NCBI GenBank assembly: GCA_965240325.2
Contig: OZ251242.1
Span: 868,001 to 932,000 of the forward strand
Direction of reading: 5' to 3'
DNA length: 64,000 nt
Source of the DNA: Rebecca billardiae RCC1528
Lineage: Eukaryota > Protista > Haptophyta
Below the pieces are notes generated by a model. It was not told the origin of the DNA. It ran no database searches and saw only the letters and a list, made by a program, of their open reading frames with translations. The translations under genes were made by a program, and so were the position numbers. How positions within the stretch are numbered: the first letter of the stretch is position 1; every line of letters starts with the position of its first letter. This document shows positions 40,814-51,920 of the stretch, in pieces.

Positions 40814-43800
40814 ATGGCGGGCGAGGACCTCAAGGCAGCTCGGCTGCACCCCGTGGCGAAGATCATCGCCAAGTACCCGCTCATCGTGGCGCTGATCATG
40901 TTCGCCCTCTACTTCGGCTTGGCCTTCATCGGCGCCGGCGCGATCGAGGTGGGTGGCGCCAGCTGGTCTCACGTTTTGCACGGGGCAGCCATGCACCGCC
41001 CCCTCCCCCGCAAGGCTCGCCGCGGCGTGCAGTCGCCTCGCAGCGTGCGACGCGGCCGCGCGGCGCCCAGTGGCTGACCGCGCCTCGCCCCCGGCGCGTG
41101 CGCGCTCACGCGCGTCGGCGCGTCCGCGGGCAGGTGACGTTTGGCAACCCGTCGGGCCGCACGGCGTACTCGCCGACCGACCGCATCGAGACGGCGCGGC
41201 TGGACATGTACATCAACGCCCAGCGCACCGTCGAGGTCAAGGCCGAGTCGACCGAGCGCCAGACCGTCTCGTCCGCCGGCATCACGATCTTCTTTGAGGA
41301 GGAGACGGCCGACGGTCAGCCCGCGCTCGACGCGCCGATCTTCACCGAGGAGAACCTGGAGATCATGCGTCGCGCGCAGCGGATCATCGAGGCCGACCCC
41401 GATTACGACCAGCACTGCTTTCGCTGCCGCGTCGAGAAGTCCGTCCTCTGCCGCCGCTCCAACTCGACGTACGAGGCGGCGCTCGCGCTCGAGGCGGCGA
41501 TCGAGGCGGAGGACGAGGACGCCGCGACGGACGCGGCCGAGGTGGCGGACGGCGTGGTGGCGGGGCTGTGCGACCTGGAGGCGCAGACGTGCCGGCTGAG
41601 GCCGTGCACGCAGGCCGCGGTCGCCTCGATCGCCGCCGGCGCGATGGCGTCCAACACGTCGCGCGAGACGCTGCTCGCCGACACGCGCTCGTGCCTTGTG
41701 CTCGGCGCGCGCCTCACCGCCGAGGGCGCGTGCCTGCCGATGCCCGGCTGCGAGGACGCGACGGAGGACGAGCACAAGTGCGTGCCGATGTACTCGCCGC
41801 TCAACTACTTCTGCAAGGGCTCGGCGCGCACCGACGAGGAGGACGGCTGCGAGTCCTTCGTGCCCGAGCGCGTCGGCTGGCGTCGGCTCGACGCTGAGAT
41901 TGACGAACCGGACGCGCAGTCGATCCAGGGCCGCATCTCGGTGTTCCCGGCGAACTTCTTCCTGCCGTCGTACTACGAGAAGGGCGACCGGCGCGCGCAC
42001 ACCACGCGCATGTCCTCGCTCATGGGCCTCCCGATCCACGGCTTCGAGGACGCGAACGACCGGACCGAGCAGCAGGAGGACCTGCTGGCCGAGTGGATGA
42101 TCGGCGTGTACCCCAAGATCGAGGCGCTGCGCGAGGAGGTGGGCGCGAGGCTCAGCGTGCGCTGGATCGCGCCGAACGCGGTGATCAACCACCTGTTCCA
42201 GGCGGTGCTCGGCGTCGACGTCACTCTCGCGCTCGGCGCCATCTTCTTCGTCTTCTTCTACATCCTCTTCCACACGCGCTCGCTGTTCATCTCGGCGAGC
42301 TGCATCCTCGGCATCATCCTCTGCTTCCCGGTCGGCGCGTTCTGGTCGATCGTGGTGTTCGGCGTGCGCTTCTTCGACCCGCTCAATGTGTTCCTGCTGT
42401 TCGTGCTGCTCGGCCTCGGCGCCGACGGCGTCTTCATCGTCTTCGACGCGTGGGAGCAGTCGTTCGCCGGCGTGGACTACTGGACGGAGGTGCACGGCGA
42501 GGAGGTGGCGAAGCAGTATCGGATGAGCTACGTGTGGCGCCGCTCGTCGCGCGCCATGTTCGCGTGCAACGGGACGACGGCGCTGGCGTTCCTCTCGGTG
42601 GTGCCCTCGCCGATCATGCCGATGGCCTCGTTCGGCATCCTCTCCGCGCTCACCATCCTGCACAACTGGCTGCTCGACGTGACGGTCGTGCCGTGCATCC
42701 TCGCCCTCTGGGACGAGCGGCTGCGGCACAACTACCTCTGCTGCTGCCTGCCAAAGTACCTGTGGGAGGACAGGCTGCCGTGGCACAACCCGGGCAAGCC
42801 GCGGAAGCACACGCCGCCCAGCACGCCGGGCAACTCGCTCCACCGCGCCTCGCCGCCCCAAGCCGCGGCCACGGCCGCCCAGCCGGCCGGCGCAACGGCC
42901 GCTGCCGACCCCGAATTCGTGGCGGCCATGGAGGTGGCGCACGCGGCCGACATGGCGAAGCCGGAGCCGCCGCTCGCGGGCGGGCTGAACAAGGTGTGCG
43001 CGCCGCGCGCGCGCGCGCGCGGCTGCGGTGGTGGGCGCGGCCTGCTGCGTGGGCCGTGCACCGCGCGCAAGCCGTCGCCGCGGCTGCACTCGCCGAGCGC
43101 GCGCCGCGCCCCACCCGTTCCCGCTGCCCCGTGCCCGACGTGCGTGCGTGCGTGCGCTCAGACGGAGATGTTCTTCCGCGACAAGTACGCGCCGTTCATC
43201 CTCCGCTTCCGGCTGCCGATCGTCGCGGTGATGGCCCTCTTCATCGGCACGATGGTTTATTTTACCACGCAACTGCGCGCCGCGACTGAGTCGCCGCAGT
43301 TCCTGCCAGACCAGCACCCTCTGTGGAAGGCGATCATCTCGCTGCGCGACGGCTGGATGGAGGGGGAGAACGAGAACAGGGGCGAGCTGTGGATGGTGTG
43401 GGGGGTGAAGGGGAACGACTACGGGCCGTACACCAAGTTCGACTTTGGTGCGACCCCCGCCGCGCCGCAGCGCCCGGCCCGGATCGCCGCCGCCACGGCT
43501 GCGACCTCGCGCGCGCTCACGCGCCGTGCGCCGCGCGCGCGCTCGCAGGCTCCGCCGAGTGCAACGACGGGCCGTGCGGTGAGGCGATCTTCGACGACAC
43601 GTTCGACCCGTCGTCCAAGTCGATGCAGAAGTACCTGCTCGACGCGTGCGAGGAGGCGGCGAAGATCAAGGCGACGCGCGGGCCCGTCGGCGGCGACTTC
43701 ATTTATGACGAGAAGATCTCAAACTGCTTGATGAAGGACTTCCGCGGCTGGCTGCGCGCGCGGCAGGTGGAGTTCCCGATCGACGACGCGGAGCAGTTCT

Positions 43801-44869
43801 GGAAGCAGCTGGACGAGTACCTGCGCGAGCCGGACGAGGACACGCCGGCGGGCGAGGGGTACAAGTTCGTGCAGTCCAAGCTCGTCCGCGTGGGCGGCGA
43901 CGACGGCAAGGGCCGCATCAACAAGATGTACTTTCTGATCTCGGGCGTGTATGTGGACTACTTGCCGCAGCTGTTCTACGGCCTGCCGGAGATCGAGCAG
44001 GGGCTGGCGGCGTCGTACCACTTCGAGGCGGAGTTCAACGAGGAGCGGCCCAAGGGGCAGCCGCCCTTCTTCGTCACCACCAGCTCGGGCCTCTTCGCCG
44101 CGATGCGCATGCAGGAGGCGTACATCTCGAGCACAGTCTCGGGCGTGCTCACGGCGCTGGCGTTCGCTCTCGCGTCGCTCGTCGTGTTCGTGGCGAACGT
44201 GTTCGTGGCGCTGCTCGCGTTCCTGTGCATCGCGGGCGTGGTGTGCTGCACGCTCGGGCTGATGGTGCTGCAGGGCTGGGCCCTCGGCCCGATCGAGGCG
44301 ATCTGCGCCACCGTTGTCGTCGGCTTCTCCGTCGACTACGTCGTGCACTACGCCCTCGCGTACGTGAGCGCGCCGCACGAGAAGCGAGCCGAGAGGCTCA
44401 CGTTCGCGCTCGTCGAGGTGGGGATCTCGGTGCAGGCGGGCGCGATCACGACGATGGGCGCGTCGGCGTTCCTGCTCTTCACGACGATCCAGTTCTTCTT
44501 CAAGTTCGGCGTCTTCATGCTCTCCACAGTCTTCTTCTCTGTGCGCGCGCCGCGCCGGCGACCGGTTGGCCATTGCCCCCCGCGCCCCGCGCCGCGCGCC
44601 CGCGCACGCGCCTGCACGCTGCTCACATCTGCCGGCGCGCACGACGGGCCCCGCGCCCGCCGGCCATTCCCCGCCCTGGTGCACAGCTGCTCACCGCCAA
44701 CCTGGCGTTCACCTCGCTGCTCGCCTTGGTCGGGCCAGAGGGCGACCGTGGCGACCTCTGCGTCCTCATCCAGCGCGCTCGCAGCGCCATCGCCGGCAGC
44801 AGAGGCGGCGGCAAAAAAGGAGCAGCAGACGCTCCGCCTCAGGCGCCCGGGGATGCCTCCACGCAGTGA
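40814..44869 (+). CDS. Dispatched/Patched-like RND membrane protein 2 (tandem paralogue); exons 40814-40948, 41134-42993, 43162-43447, 43549-44540, 44687-44869
   Basis: Same motifs (LGLGADGVFIVFDAWEQ, VGFSVDYVVH). Colinear with paralogue 1 once four GT-AG introns are removed. Confidence 0.9.
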
Positions 44870-45205
44870 CTGGACGGCCGCGCATCGATCATCCGTCGTG
44901 TCGGTCGCCTCGTCGGCGGATCAGATTGCGTCGTGCGCGCGGGGGTGCAGATTCCGGCGTCGCGGGCGCGCGGTCACCGCGCACCGCGGTTCTCGTTGGG
45001 CGGCCCGCGCGGGGAATGCTGCGGCGCCGCGGCCCGTGACTGGCTGCCTCTGGGCCTGGTTGACGACGCGACTGGAGACTCGTCATGCATGGCGGCTCCT
45101 CGTCAGCAGAGTCGCAGTGCGGACTATCGACGGCACAGCAGATGATGAGTCATGACGAGTCTGAATAGCTATATATTTAATATATAATTATATATATAAT
45201 TATAT

Positions 45206-46918
45206 GAGATAATGTCAGCTGTATTGCCGTTTTGGAAAGTGTGGTCAGGTGTATTGCCAAACGCACGTTTTGACTACCGTGGTCAGGTGTATTGCCGTTT
45301 TCCATGTTTGGGAATCACGTGTCAATCTTGTTGCCAACGTCGAATACTTGTGTCAGGTGTATTGCCGTGGATGATGGCCCAATACTTTGTCCAGCTGTAT
45401 TGCCGTCGCGTAGTGTGGGTCAGTTGTGTTGCCGTTTGCGCATCTTTGATTCAGGTTTGTTGCCGCGATCGCCCACGCGCTGATGATGGCGCTTGCGCCC
45501 ACGCGCCGCCGGCGTGCGCGGCGTGCCCTTGAGCAGGCCTAGCTGATCCCAGGCCAGAAGAGTGACGTTCAACGACGACGATCTCTGCCGGGGTAGCGCC
45601 GTGTTCCTCGACATCATCAAGTCGAACGACGAGCTGAACCGTGGACCGGAATCTGCACAAACGCTGCCGCATGCGCGCGCAGTGCAACACGCGCGTGCAC
45701 CGCCTCGGGCTACTCGCCGTCTACGCGGAGACGGGCGAGAATCCGTCGCGACTTCTATCGAATCGGCGTTGCTCCGTGCTCACTTCGACTCCGGGACCGT
45801 CAAGCGCGCAGTCGATGACATTGCGACGGCAGCGCATGCAGGTGCATGCGTGAAGCAGGGTGAGCGTGTGTTGCTGCGCCCCGATTCGCGGGAGTCGAAC
45901 GTGCACGACGGGCGTGTGCTCTTCAACGGCCTCAAGGAGCTTGACCAACGCGACGCGCGTCCCCCTCACTGCCTGCCATCGACTGTCATTCACACCGTGG
46001 CGATCAACCAACGCGCGTCGCTCTCGCTCGTGCAACACTGCTGGCGCGTGCCTTTTTGCGATTGTCATCACTCCAACAGCAGACTGCCCTGTGGCCAACC
46101 GTGTGCAGGTGGCTGACCGTGCGCCAGTCGCACTCGTCAACGCAGGCTGATTGCCCCGTGGAGGAGGAAGTCCAAGGCGTACTGCCAGCTGGGACACAAC
46201 GCACCGACTGGCGGGCGGTGCGCCGCGCGCGCCTCGACGAGCCAGCAAGCAGGAGGGGCAGGCGACGCTTCCTGCTGCTGCTGGAACCCGAGTGGCAGGC
46301 TTGGCGAGCGCGGTCGCAGCTTGAGGCAGCGCGTGCAGCGGCATGGGACGCGATGCGGCTCACGTGGCCGCTGAAGTAGCAGCAGTCCCGATGGCGCTGG
46401 CGGCCGGCCGCCGGCGGGCGGCAAGCGCGACGGCGACGGGAAGCGCCGACTGCTACTGGAAGTCGTCAAGATGAGCTACGCAGGCCGCATGATGATGGCA
46501 TGTCGGTTGGTTGCAGTCGCGTATCCTGCATGCCGCGCGCAGGCAGTCGCAGCTCTGCACGCACGCGCACACGGGCTGCGCGAGTCTCTTGTCTGAGTGC
46601 GAGTCGCGTGCCCCAGCCACTCCAGCTGCTGGCGGCAATACAACTGACACGCATAGTTATGAAAAGGGCAATATTTCTGAGCTGACTATGTTCAAGCTCG
46701 AAAACGGCAATATTCGTGAACCAAGTCGTGTGAAAGGGGCATTGGTTTGAAACCAGTATTTGAGGGGCAATATTGTTGACACACTATCCAAAAGCGGCAA
46801 TATTCTTGACCCATACTACTGACAAACGGCAATACAACTGACCACGGTAGTCATAACGTGCTTTTGGCAATACAACTGACCACACTATCCAAAGCGGCAA
46901 TACAACTGACGTCGGCTC
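45206..46918. mobile_element. Non-autonomous Mutator/Foldback-like DNA transposon with modular TIRs and 9-bp TSD TAATTATAT
   Basis: GAG...CTC ends. TAATTATAT at 45197-45205 and 46919-46927. The outer ~95 bp are inverted repeats, and there are 8-9 copies of GTCAGNTGTATTGCC per end in opposite orientation. Confidence 0.9.
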
Positions 46919-47272
46919 TAATTATATATATATAATAACCTTGGCAGCCTGAGTCAGGCTGTCCGAGTGTCCGATCCTTGGCGCGCTAGCTCATATGATG
47001 ACGACGATCGTCGATCGATATCGATCGACTACTACTATATTGCTACTACGATTTAGTCATCATCGATGTATATATATGCCGCGCGGGACTCGGATGATAT
47101 TGATGACGAGCAGACTGCGCGCTCCAAGACCAGTAGGTCGGAACTCGGATGACTGCTGCCCCGCAGTCCGCACCGCGGCCCGTACCGCGCTGCGGGAGCG
47201 GTCCCGGAGTCGGAAGTGCCGCCCGGACGCCGATCCTACTGCCATGATGATGGCGCGGATACATCATCAGCG

Positions 47273-47956
47273 TCATTTCCGTCGTCTTTGTCGTCCGAAG
47301 CCCTTCGGTCGTCCGGTCTGAGTCGGCGGGCTTGGCCTTGGGACCGCGGCCTCGGTCATCTGCTGAGCGTAGAGCACCTCCGCAGGTGCCGCCGGGTCAA
47401 CAGAGCGCGCGGCGCGGTTGTGGAGGGCTTCAAGGTCAGAAGGCAGCTCGCTCGGCATCAGCGTAAACCCAAGCCGTTCGTAGAGGCGCCTCGCTACCGC
47501 GTTGTCCTCCTCCACGTGCAGGAAGATGGTGGCGAGCCCCTCTTTTCGCGCATCGTCAAGGACGCCCTGCATGATCGCAGCCCCCACACCCAAGTTGCGC
47601 GCGCCGGCTGAGACGCACAGCCCACTGAGGTGCCAAGCCCGGCCAGGACCAGCATCGATGGGTGTGCACTCACACGAGCCGAGGATCTCGTCCGCGCCGT
47701 GTCTTCGTCTGCTCGCGGTCCAAACTAAAGGGAAGCGGCTCTTCATGTCGTCTGCGAAAACGCGCTCTGCGTTGTAGATGGAGTAGGTGGAGGTCACGAA
47801 CGGGGCGAAGGCCTCGCGCTTGATCCGGGCCGCATCGGGAAGATCTCGGGCGAGCGCTCTCCGTACATGCACCCGCGTGCACGTGCTGAGCCTGGGTGCG
47901 CTGCTGAGGCAGCAGAGCACGGTGCATGCGACCGCGACGCGATGGGCAGGAGCCAT
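47273..47956 (-). CDS. GNAT-family N-acetyltransferase (RimI-like)
   Basis: LSGLCVSAGARNLGVGAAIM and LHVEEDNAVARRLYERLGF motifs. ATG at 47956; the upstream part of the listed ORF is a shadow frame of the next gene. Confidence 0.87.
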   Translation of the reverse strand: MAPAHRVAVACTVLCCLSSAPRLSTCTRVHVRRALARDLPDAARIKREAFAPFVTSTYSIYNAERVFADDMKSRFPLVWTASRRRHGADEILGSCECTPIDAGPGRAWHLSGLCVSAGARNLGVGAAIMQGVLDDARKEGLATIFLHVEEDNAVARRLYERLGFTLMPSELPSDLEALHNRAARSVDPAAPAEVLYAQQMTEAAVPRPSPPTQTGRPKGFGRQRRRK

Positions 47957-48159
47957 CGTGATTGTGATTCGCGCCCCTAGGTGATGCGATGACAAGGGCT
48001 GGACAGGCACAGCTGCTCCTGTCGGCGATCGTGTCTCGTGAGCCAGATGCCAGATGGCTGCTCCGCCGATGTCCGCTGGCTCACTGACACTAGTCACTAC
48101 GGTAGCCACTGGGCTGGCAGCAGCTCGGCATGCGGGCTGACGATGATGCGCCGAAAGCT

Positions 48160-49440
48160 CTAACGCGCGCCCGTGTGCAGCAACGACTGGCGCAGACCCC
48201 TCGCCTCGTCGTTGTGGCGCGCACCCTCGAAGAGCGGCTCGGCATCGGCCGGTGAGCCGTTGCCGAGCTGCTGCCATCGCGCGGAGCGCTCGAGCGCGCT
48301 GCGCAGCGCAGCGGGCACCGAGCGGATACCGAGCGCTACGCCCAAGGCGACGAGCGCGATGCCCGTCACGGCAGCGAGCAGCCCCAAGCGCCTCGGCGGC
48401 TCGTCGATATCGACGCTGGCGGCCCGCGACGCACTCGCCGCCACCGGACCCGCCGCCTCCCGCGAGCTGCTCAGGAGCGTCACTGCGACTCGCGGGTCCT
48501 TGGGCGGCGCGCAGCCGAGGTGGATCGTCGAGTTGCGGATCGGGTCGTCGGCGACGACGCCGAGCATGTACTTGCCCGGCAGCACGGGCTCCGGCGTGCT
48601 GAACGAGCACAGCCCCGAGTCGAACCAGCGCTCCAGCTCGAAGATGTTGCACGTGTACCCGGTGAGGTGCACCGCCGAGCGCGACACGTGGCATGCGTCC
48701 ACGGTGAGCATCGTCGGCTCGGTGATCTGCAGCTGGATGAGCGCGCGCTCGCCCGGGGCCCACGCGATGCTCTTGGCCGTCGAGCTGTTGCACCCGACCG
48801 TCGCGTTGATCATGTCGGGCGTGAACCGGCAGTGGAGCCCGTTGAACGCCTCGGGCGGCGAGAGCGGGATCGTGCGAGGCTTCTTCTTGATGCCCGGCGG
48901 AAGCACGTGCCGCGCGCTCGAGCAGGTGAGGCTGAGCGTGTAGTTGCCGTCCCAGGAGTCGGGGCGGTGGCTGTCGTCGTTGACCGCGTCGATCATCGCG
49001 TAGTAGTCGTACCCCTGCCGCAGCCGCAGCCCGTGCAGACGCGCAAAGTGGTTGGTCACGCCGCCCGCGCCGCACCGGAAGGCACCCTGCACCTCGCGGC
49101 CGGTGGTCGCGATGGGCCGGCGGAAGATGGGGCAGCCGTCGAAGAGGAGGAGCTGGTGCGTCATGCGTGTGTGCGCCGCGTGCGTCGCGCACGTGTCGAG
49201 CGCGATGAACATGCCGTTGGGATCGGCGATCGAGAAGGGCCCATACCAGCGCAGCTCGTGTCGGCCAAACAGGTGGTTGGTGACCGAGCCGTTGCAACCG
49301 AGGTGGCCGCCGGAGTTGACGCGCGAGAGGGGGCACGAAGCCGAAGCGAGCTCGCCCACGACCGGGCCATCGCGCGCGGACGCGCTCGTCGCGAACACCA
49401 CGAGGACCGCCGCCGCGGCTGCTCGGACGAGGGCGGGCAT
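48160..49440 (-). CDS. Type I membrane protein with a Cys-containing ectodomain, function unknown
   Basis: Signal peptide MPALVRAAAAAVLVVFATSASA, TM LGLLAAVTGIALVALGVALGI and a short cytosolic tail. Confidence 0.7.
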   Translation of the reverse strand: MPALVRAAAAAVLVVFATSASARDGPVVGELASASCPLSRVNSGGHLGCNGSVTNHLFGRHELRWYGPFSIADPNGMFIALDTCATHAAHTRMTHQLLLFDGCPIFRRPIATTGREVQGAFRCGAGGVTNHFARLHGLRLRQGYDYYAMIDAVNDDSHRPDSWDGNYTLSLTCSSARHVLPPGIKKKPRTIPLSPPEAFNGLHCRFTPDMINATVGCNSSTAKSIAWAPGERALIQLQITEPTMLTVDACHVSRSAVHLTGYTCNIFELERWFDSGLCSFSTPEPVLPGKYMLGVVADDPIRNSTIHLGCAPPKDPRVAVTLLSSSREAAGPVAASASRAASVDIDEPPRRLGLLAAVTGIALVALGVALGIRSVPAALRSALERSARWQQLGNGSPADAEPLFEGARHNDEARGLRQSLLHTGAR

Positions 49441-49612
49441 GGTGCAGGGGATCGCGGCCCACCGAATCTCCCGTCGCAGGTTGGGACCGCTAGCTCTCCG
49501 CAAGCTCCGCCAGAGTTCGAAGTCCGGCCGTCCGGCAGTCCTTGAGGCTGTGCTAACGTGACCGCGCCGCCCACGGCCAAACGAGAGACGGGCATCACCA
49601 GCGGGACGGCGC

Positions 49613-51886
49613 ATGAGCGGCTGGTCAGCTTTGCGGCGGACCAGCTGGTGGGCGAATGCAGCCCTTCTCGCACTCGCGGCCAGTACGCGCAGCGCCGACC
49701 TTCAGCCGCGTTCGGCTGTCCTCATCCTGCACCGCGTGCTGTCGGATGATGAGGCGGCCGTTCATTCCGAGCAGCCACTCCCGGACGCGACCGACTCGTT
49801 CGAGCAGCTGCTCGGAGTGCGCTCCACAACGTACCGCGCCTCGCGCTTGTCCACCGTCGTGGACGAGGCGTTCCCCGAACTTGCACGCACGCTGAGCAGC
49901 ACGAGTCTCGGTACTCGGCAGCAGATCGGCCGATTGGCGATCATGCACGTGCACGGGGGCGTGTGCGCAGACGCTGGGCAGCAGCTGGTGGACGCAGGCG
50001 CGCTTCGTGCGCTCGCCGCTTCGGGCGGCGCGTTTCTGTCGGCCGAGGTCGGCGATGGCGAGCTCTCCGTGCGCTCGAGCATTCTGATCTCGCCGCCGCG
50101 ACACCCTGTGTGGCTCGAGCTCGCTCTGGCGACGGCGCGCGCCGAGCACAACGGCAGCAGCAGCCGGTGCGTGGAGCACGCCCTTGGTCCGGGCGCGGGC
50201 GTGCTCACACGCGCGTGGACGGAGGCGTGCCTCCGACGCGCGCCTGCCCTCGGCGACGTGCAGCTGCACCCCGGGCTCCTTGACGGCTCGATTGCGAGAC
50301 CGACCGCAGCAGCAGGACAGCACCTCAGCTCGGGCGCTGAGCTCGCCGCTTTGCCCGCGCCGCCGCTCCGGTGCCACGTCCAAGCGCCGTCGCGACGGTC
50401 GGAACGAGCGCACAGACCCGCGGGTCGCTGCAGCCAGTGGCCTCGCGCCCGGCTCGTGCATCCCATGCGCATCCGCCAGGGCCGCCTCAAGGCGCTCATG
50501 CATGCTCCCGCGCCGCTCCCGCCGAACGGCACCGCGCTGCGCTACACCGGGGCGCAGTTCATGAGCGGCGTCCGCGTGGGCGGGCGCGAGTACTTCAGCG
50601 CGCGGCTGTGCACCCACATGTGCCACGACTTTGCGCGCATCGTCGCGTCGACGCTCGCCACGGGCAACCTCGCGTGCGCCAAGGCGAGGTGCACGTGGAC
50701 GCGGGCGCGCGAGCACGTCGTCCCCCTTGCATACGCGCAGACGGGCAAATTCTTCAACGGGCCGGAGGACGCACGGCTCGACGTGCTCGCCGGCCAGCTG
50801 TTTGCGCTCGTCAACGTGCCCGCCGAGGGCTGCTCGAAGCCGGGCGGCTTTCTGACGGTGCGCGACATGGCCCTCGTCGCGCTCGGCCAGGTGGCGCGCG
50901 CTTCAGAGGCGGAAGGGCTGCCTGCTGCGCCGCTGCAAACGTGCCGCGTTCGTGTGCCGCACGGCGCGCGCTGCCAGAGTGAGAAGAACTGGGGGTCGCT
51001 GGTGGCGGGCAACGAGCTCTACGTGGTGTACTCGCTCGCCCCCTTCCAGGTGCTGCGCATCGACCCGAGCAGCTGCCGCGCCGAGCCGCTGCCGGCCGGC
51101 ACGCCGCTTCGGCCGCACCCCTCGGTGCTGCGCGGAAGCACGCGGTACGTGCACGGCATGCGCGTCGCCGGGGGCGACGTCTACTGGGCGCTCGCGCACA
51201 CGCGCGCCGAGCGCGGCGGGAAGGGCGACAAGAAGGACGCGCCTCCGGCGTACGCCCATGTGGTTGTCGCCGTGCTCGTGCGGCGGCCCACCGCGGCGGG
51301 CAGCCACGAGCCGCGCCGCTCATTCGAGCTCCTTGGCGTCTCTGCGCCGATCATCGTGGCAGGGCTGGGAGCGGCACAGGGCGAGCGCGGTGCCTTCCGC
51401 GCGCGCGAGTACGTGCACTCAATTGTGGCGTACGAGCGCGGCGTGGCGAATGTCACCCTGCACCAGGTGACCAAGTCTGGGCTGAACATGCGCGCCAGCC
51501 TGGTTGGTGTGCCCGACGTCCTGCAGGCCATCTACGACCAGCACAGGCGCGACAGCGAGGTCACGAACCCTGACCATGCTGCTGCAGGGGCACACCGCGA
51601 CACCGACGCTGTCGAGGTCAAGAACGCTCTTGACCTCGAATCGGCGGAGGAGTTGGCGTCGTCTGCCGAGTGCGAGGCCTGGCTGTGTGCGCTGGGAAGA
51701 CCGCGCGACGAAGCGCCGCCCGTGGACGCACGGCCGCCGAGGCCCAGGGTCCTGGACTGCATCACGGATCCGACTCTGACTGGTCCGCGCACCTCCCTCG
51801 GTCACGGATCAGCGCAGTCCGCCGCTCGGATGAGCACACGTGACACGCTGCTTGAAGCCGCCCCGACGCATCAGACTACATCATAA
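49613..51886 (+). CDS. Degenerate GT32-like domain fused to a GH130/beta-mannosyltransferase-like five-bladed propeller
   Basis: GRLAIMHVHGGVCAD...SPPRHPVW...LGPG (GT32 pattern), then GPEDARL, SEKNW, VVYSLAP and LRGST (propeller pattern). Confidence 0.6.
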   Translation: MSGWSALRRTSWWANAALLALAASTRSADLQPRSAVLILHRVLSDDEAAVHSEQPLPDATDSFEQLLGVRSTTYRASRLSTVVDEAFPELARTLSSTSLGTRQQIGRLAIMHVHGGVCADAGQQLVDAGALRALAASGGAFLSAEVGDGELSVRSSILISPPRHPVWLELALATARAEHNGSSSRCVEHALGPGAGVLTRAWTEACLRRAPALGDVQLHPGLLDGSIARPTAAAGQHLSSGAELAALPAPPLRCHVQAPSRRSERAHRPAGRCSQWPRARLVHPMRIRQGRLKALMHAPAPLPPNGTALRYTGAQFMSGVRVGGREYFSARLCTHMCHDFARIVASTLATGNLACAKARCTWTRAREHVVPLAYAQTGKFFNGPEDARLDVLAGQLFALVNVPAEGCSKPGGFLTVRDMALVALGQVARASEAEGLPAAPLQTCRVRVPHGARCQSEKNWGSLVAGNELYVVYSLAPFQVLRIDPSSCRAEPLPAGTPLRPHPSVLRGSTRYVHGMRVAGGDVYWALAHTRAERGGKGDKKDAPPAYAHVVVAVLVRRPTAAGSHEPRRSFELLGVSAPIIVAGLGAAQGERGAFRAREYVHSIVAYERGVANVTLHQVTKSGLNMRASLVGVPDVLQAIYDQHRRDSEVTNPDHAAAGAHRDTDAVEVKNALDLESAEELASSAECEAWLCALGRPRDEAPPVDARPPRPRVLDCITDPTLTGPRTSLGHGSAQSAARMSTRDTLLEAAPTHQTTS

Positions 51887-51920
51887 CAAGTACGACGTCG
51901 TCGTGCGTACTATATATATA

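Noticed and set aside
36560-44686. Active introner family
   Set aside because: The eight introns show no evident mutual similarity, TIRs or TSDs by eye; only the positional discordance is reported.
45214-45465. CRISPR-like repeat/spacer pattern (also 46634-46910)
   Set aside because: The repeats are only ~15 bp and degenerate, mirrored at the other end of a TSD-flanked element, in a eukaryotic context with no cas genes. They are transposon subterminal repeats.
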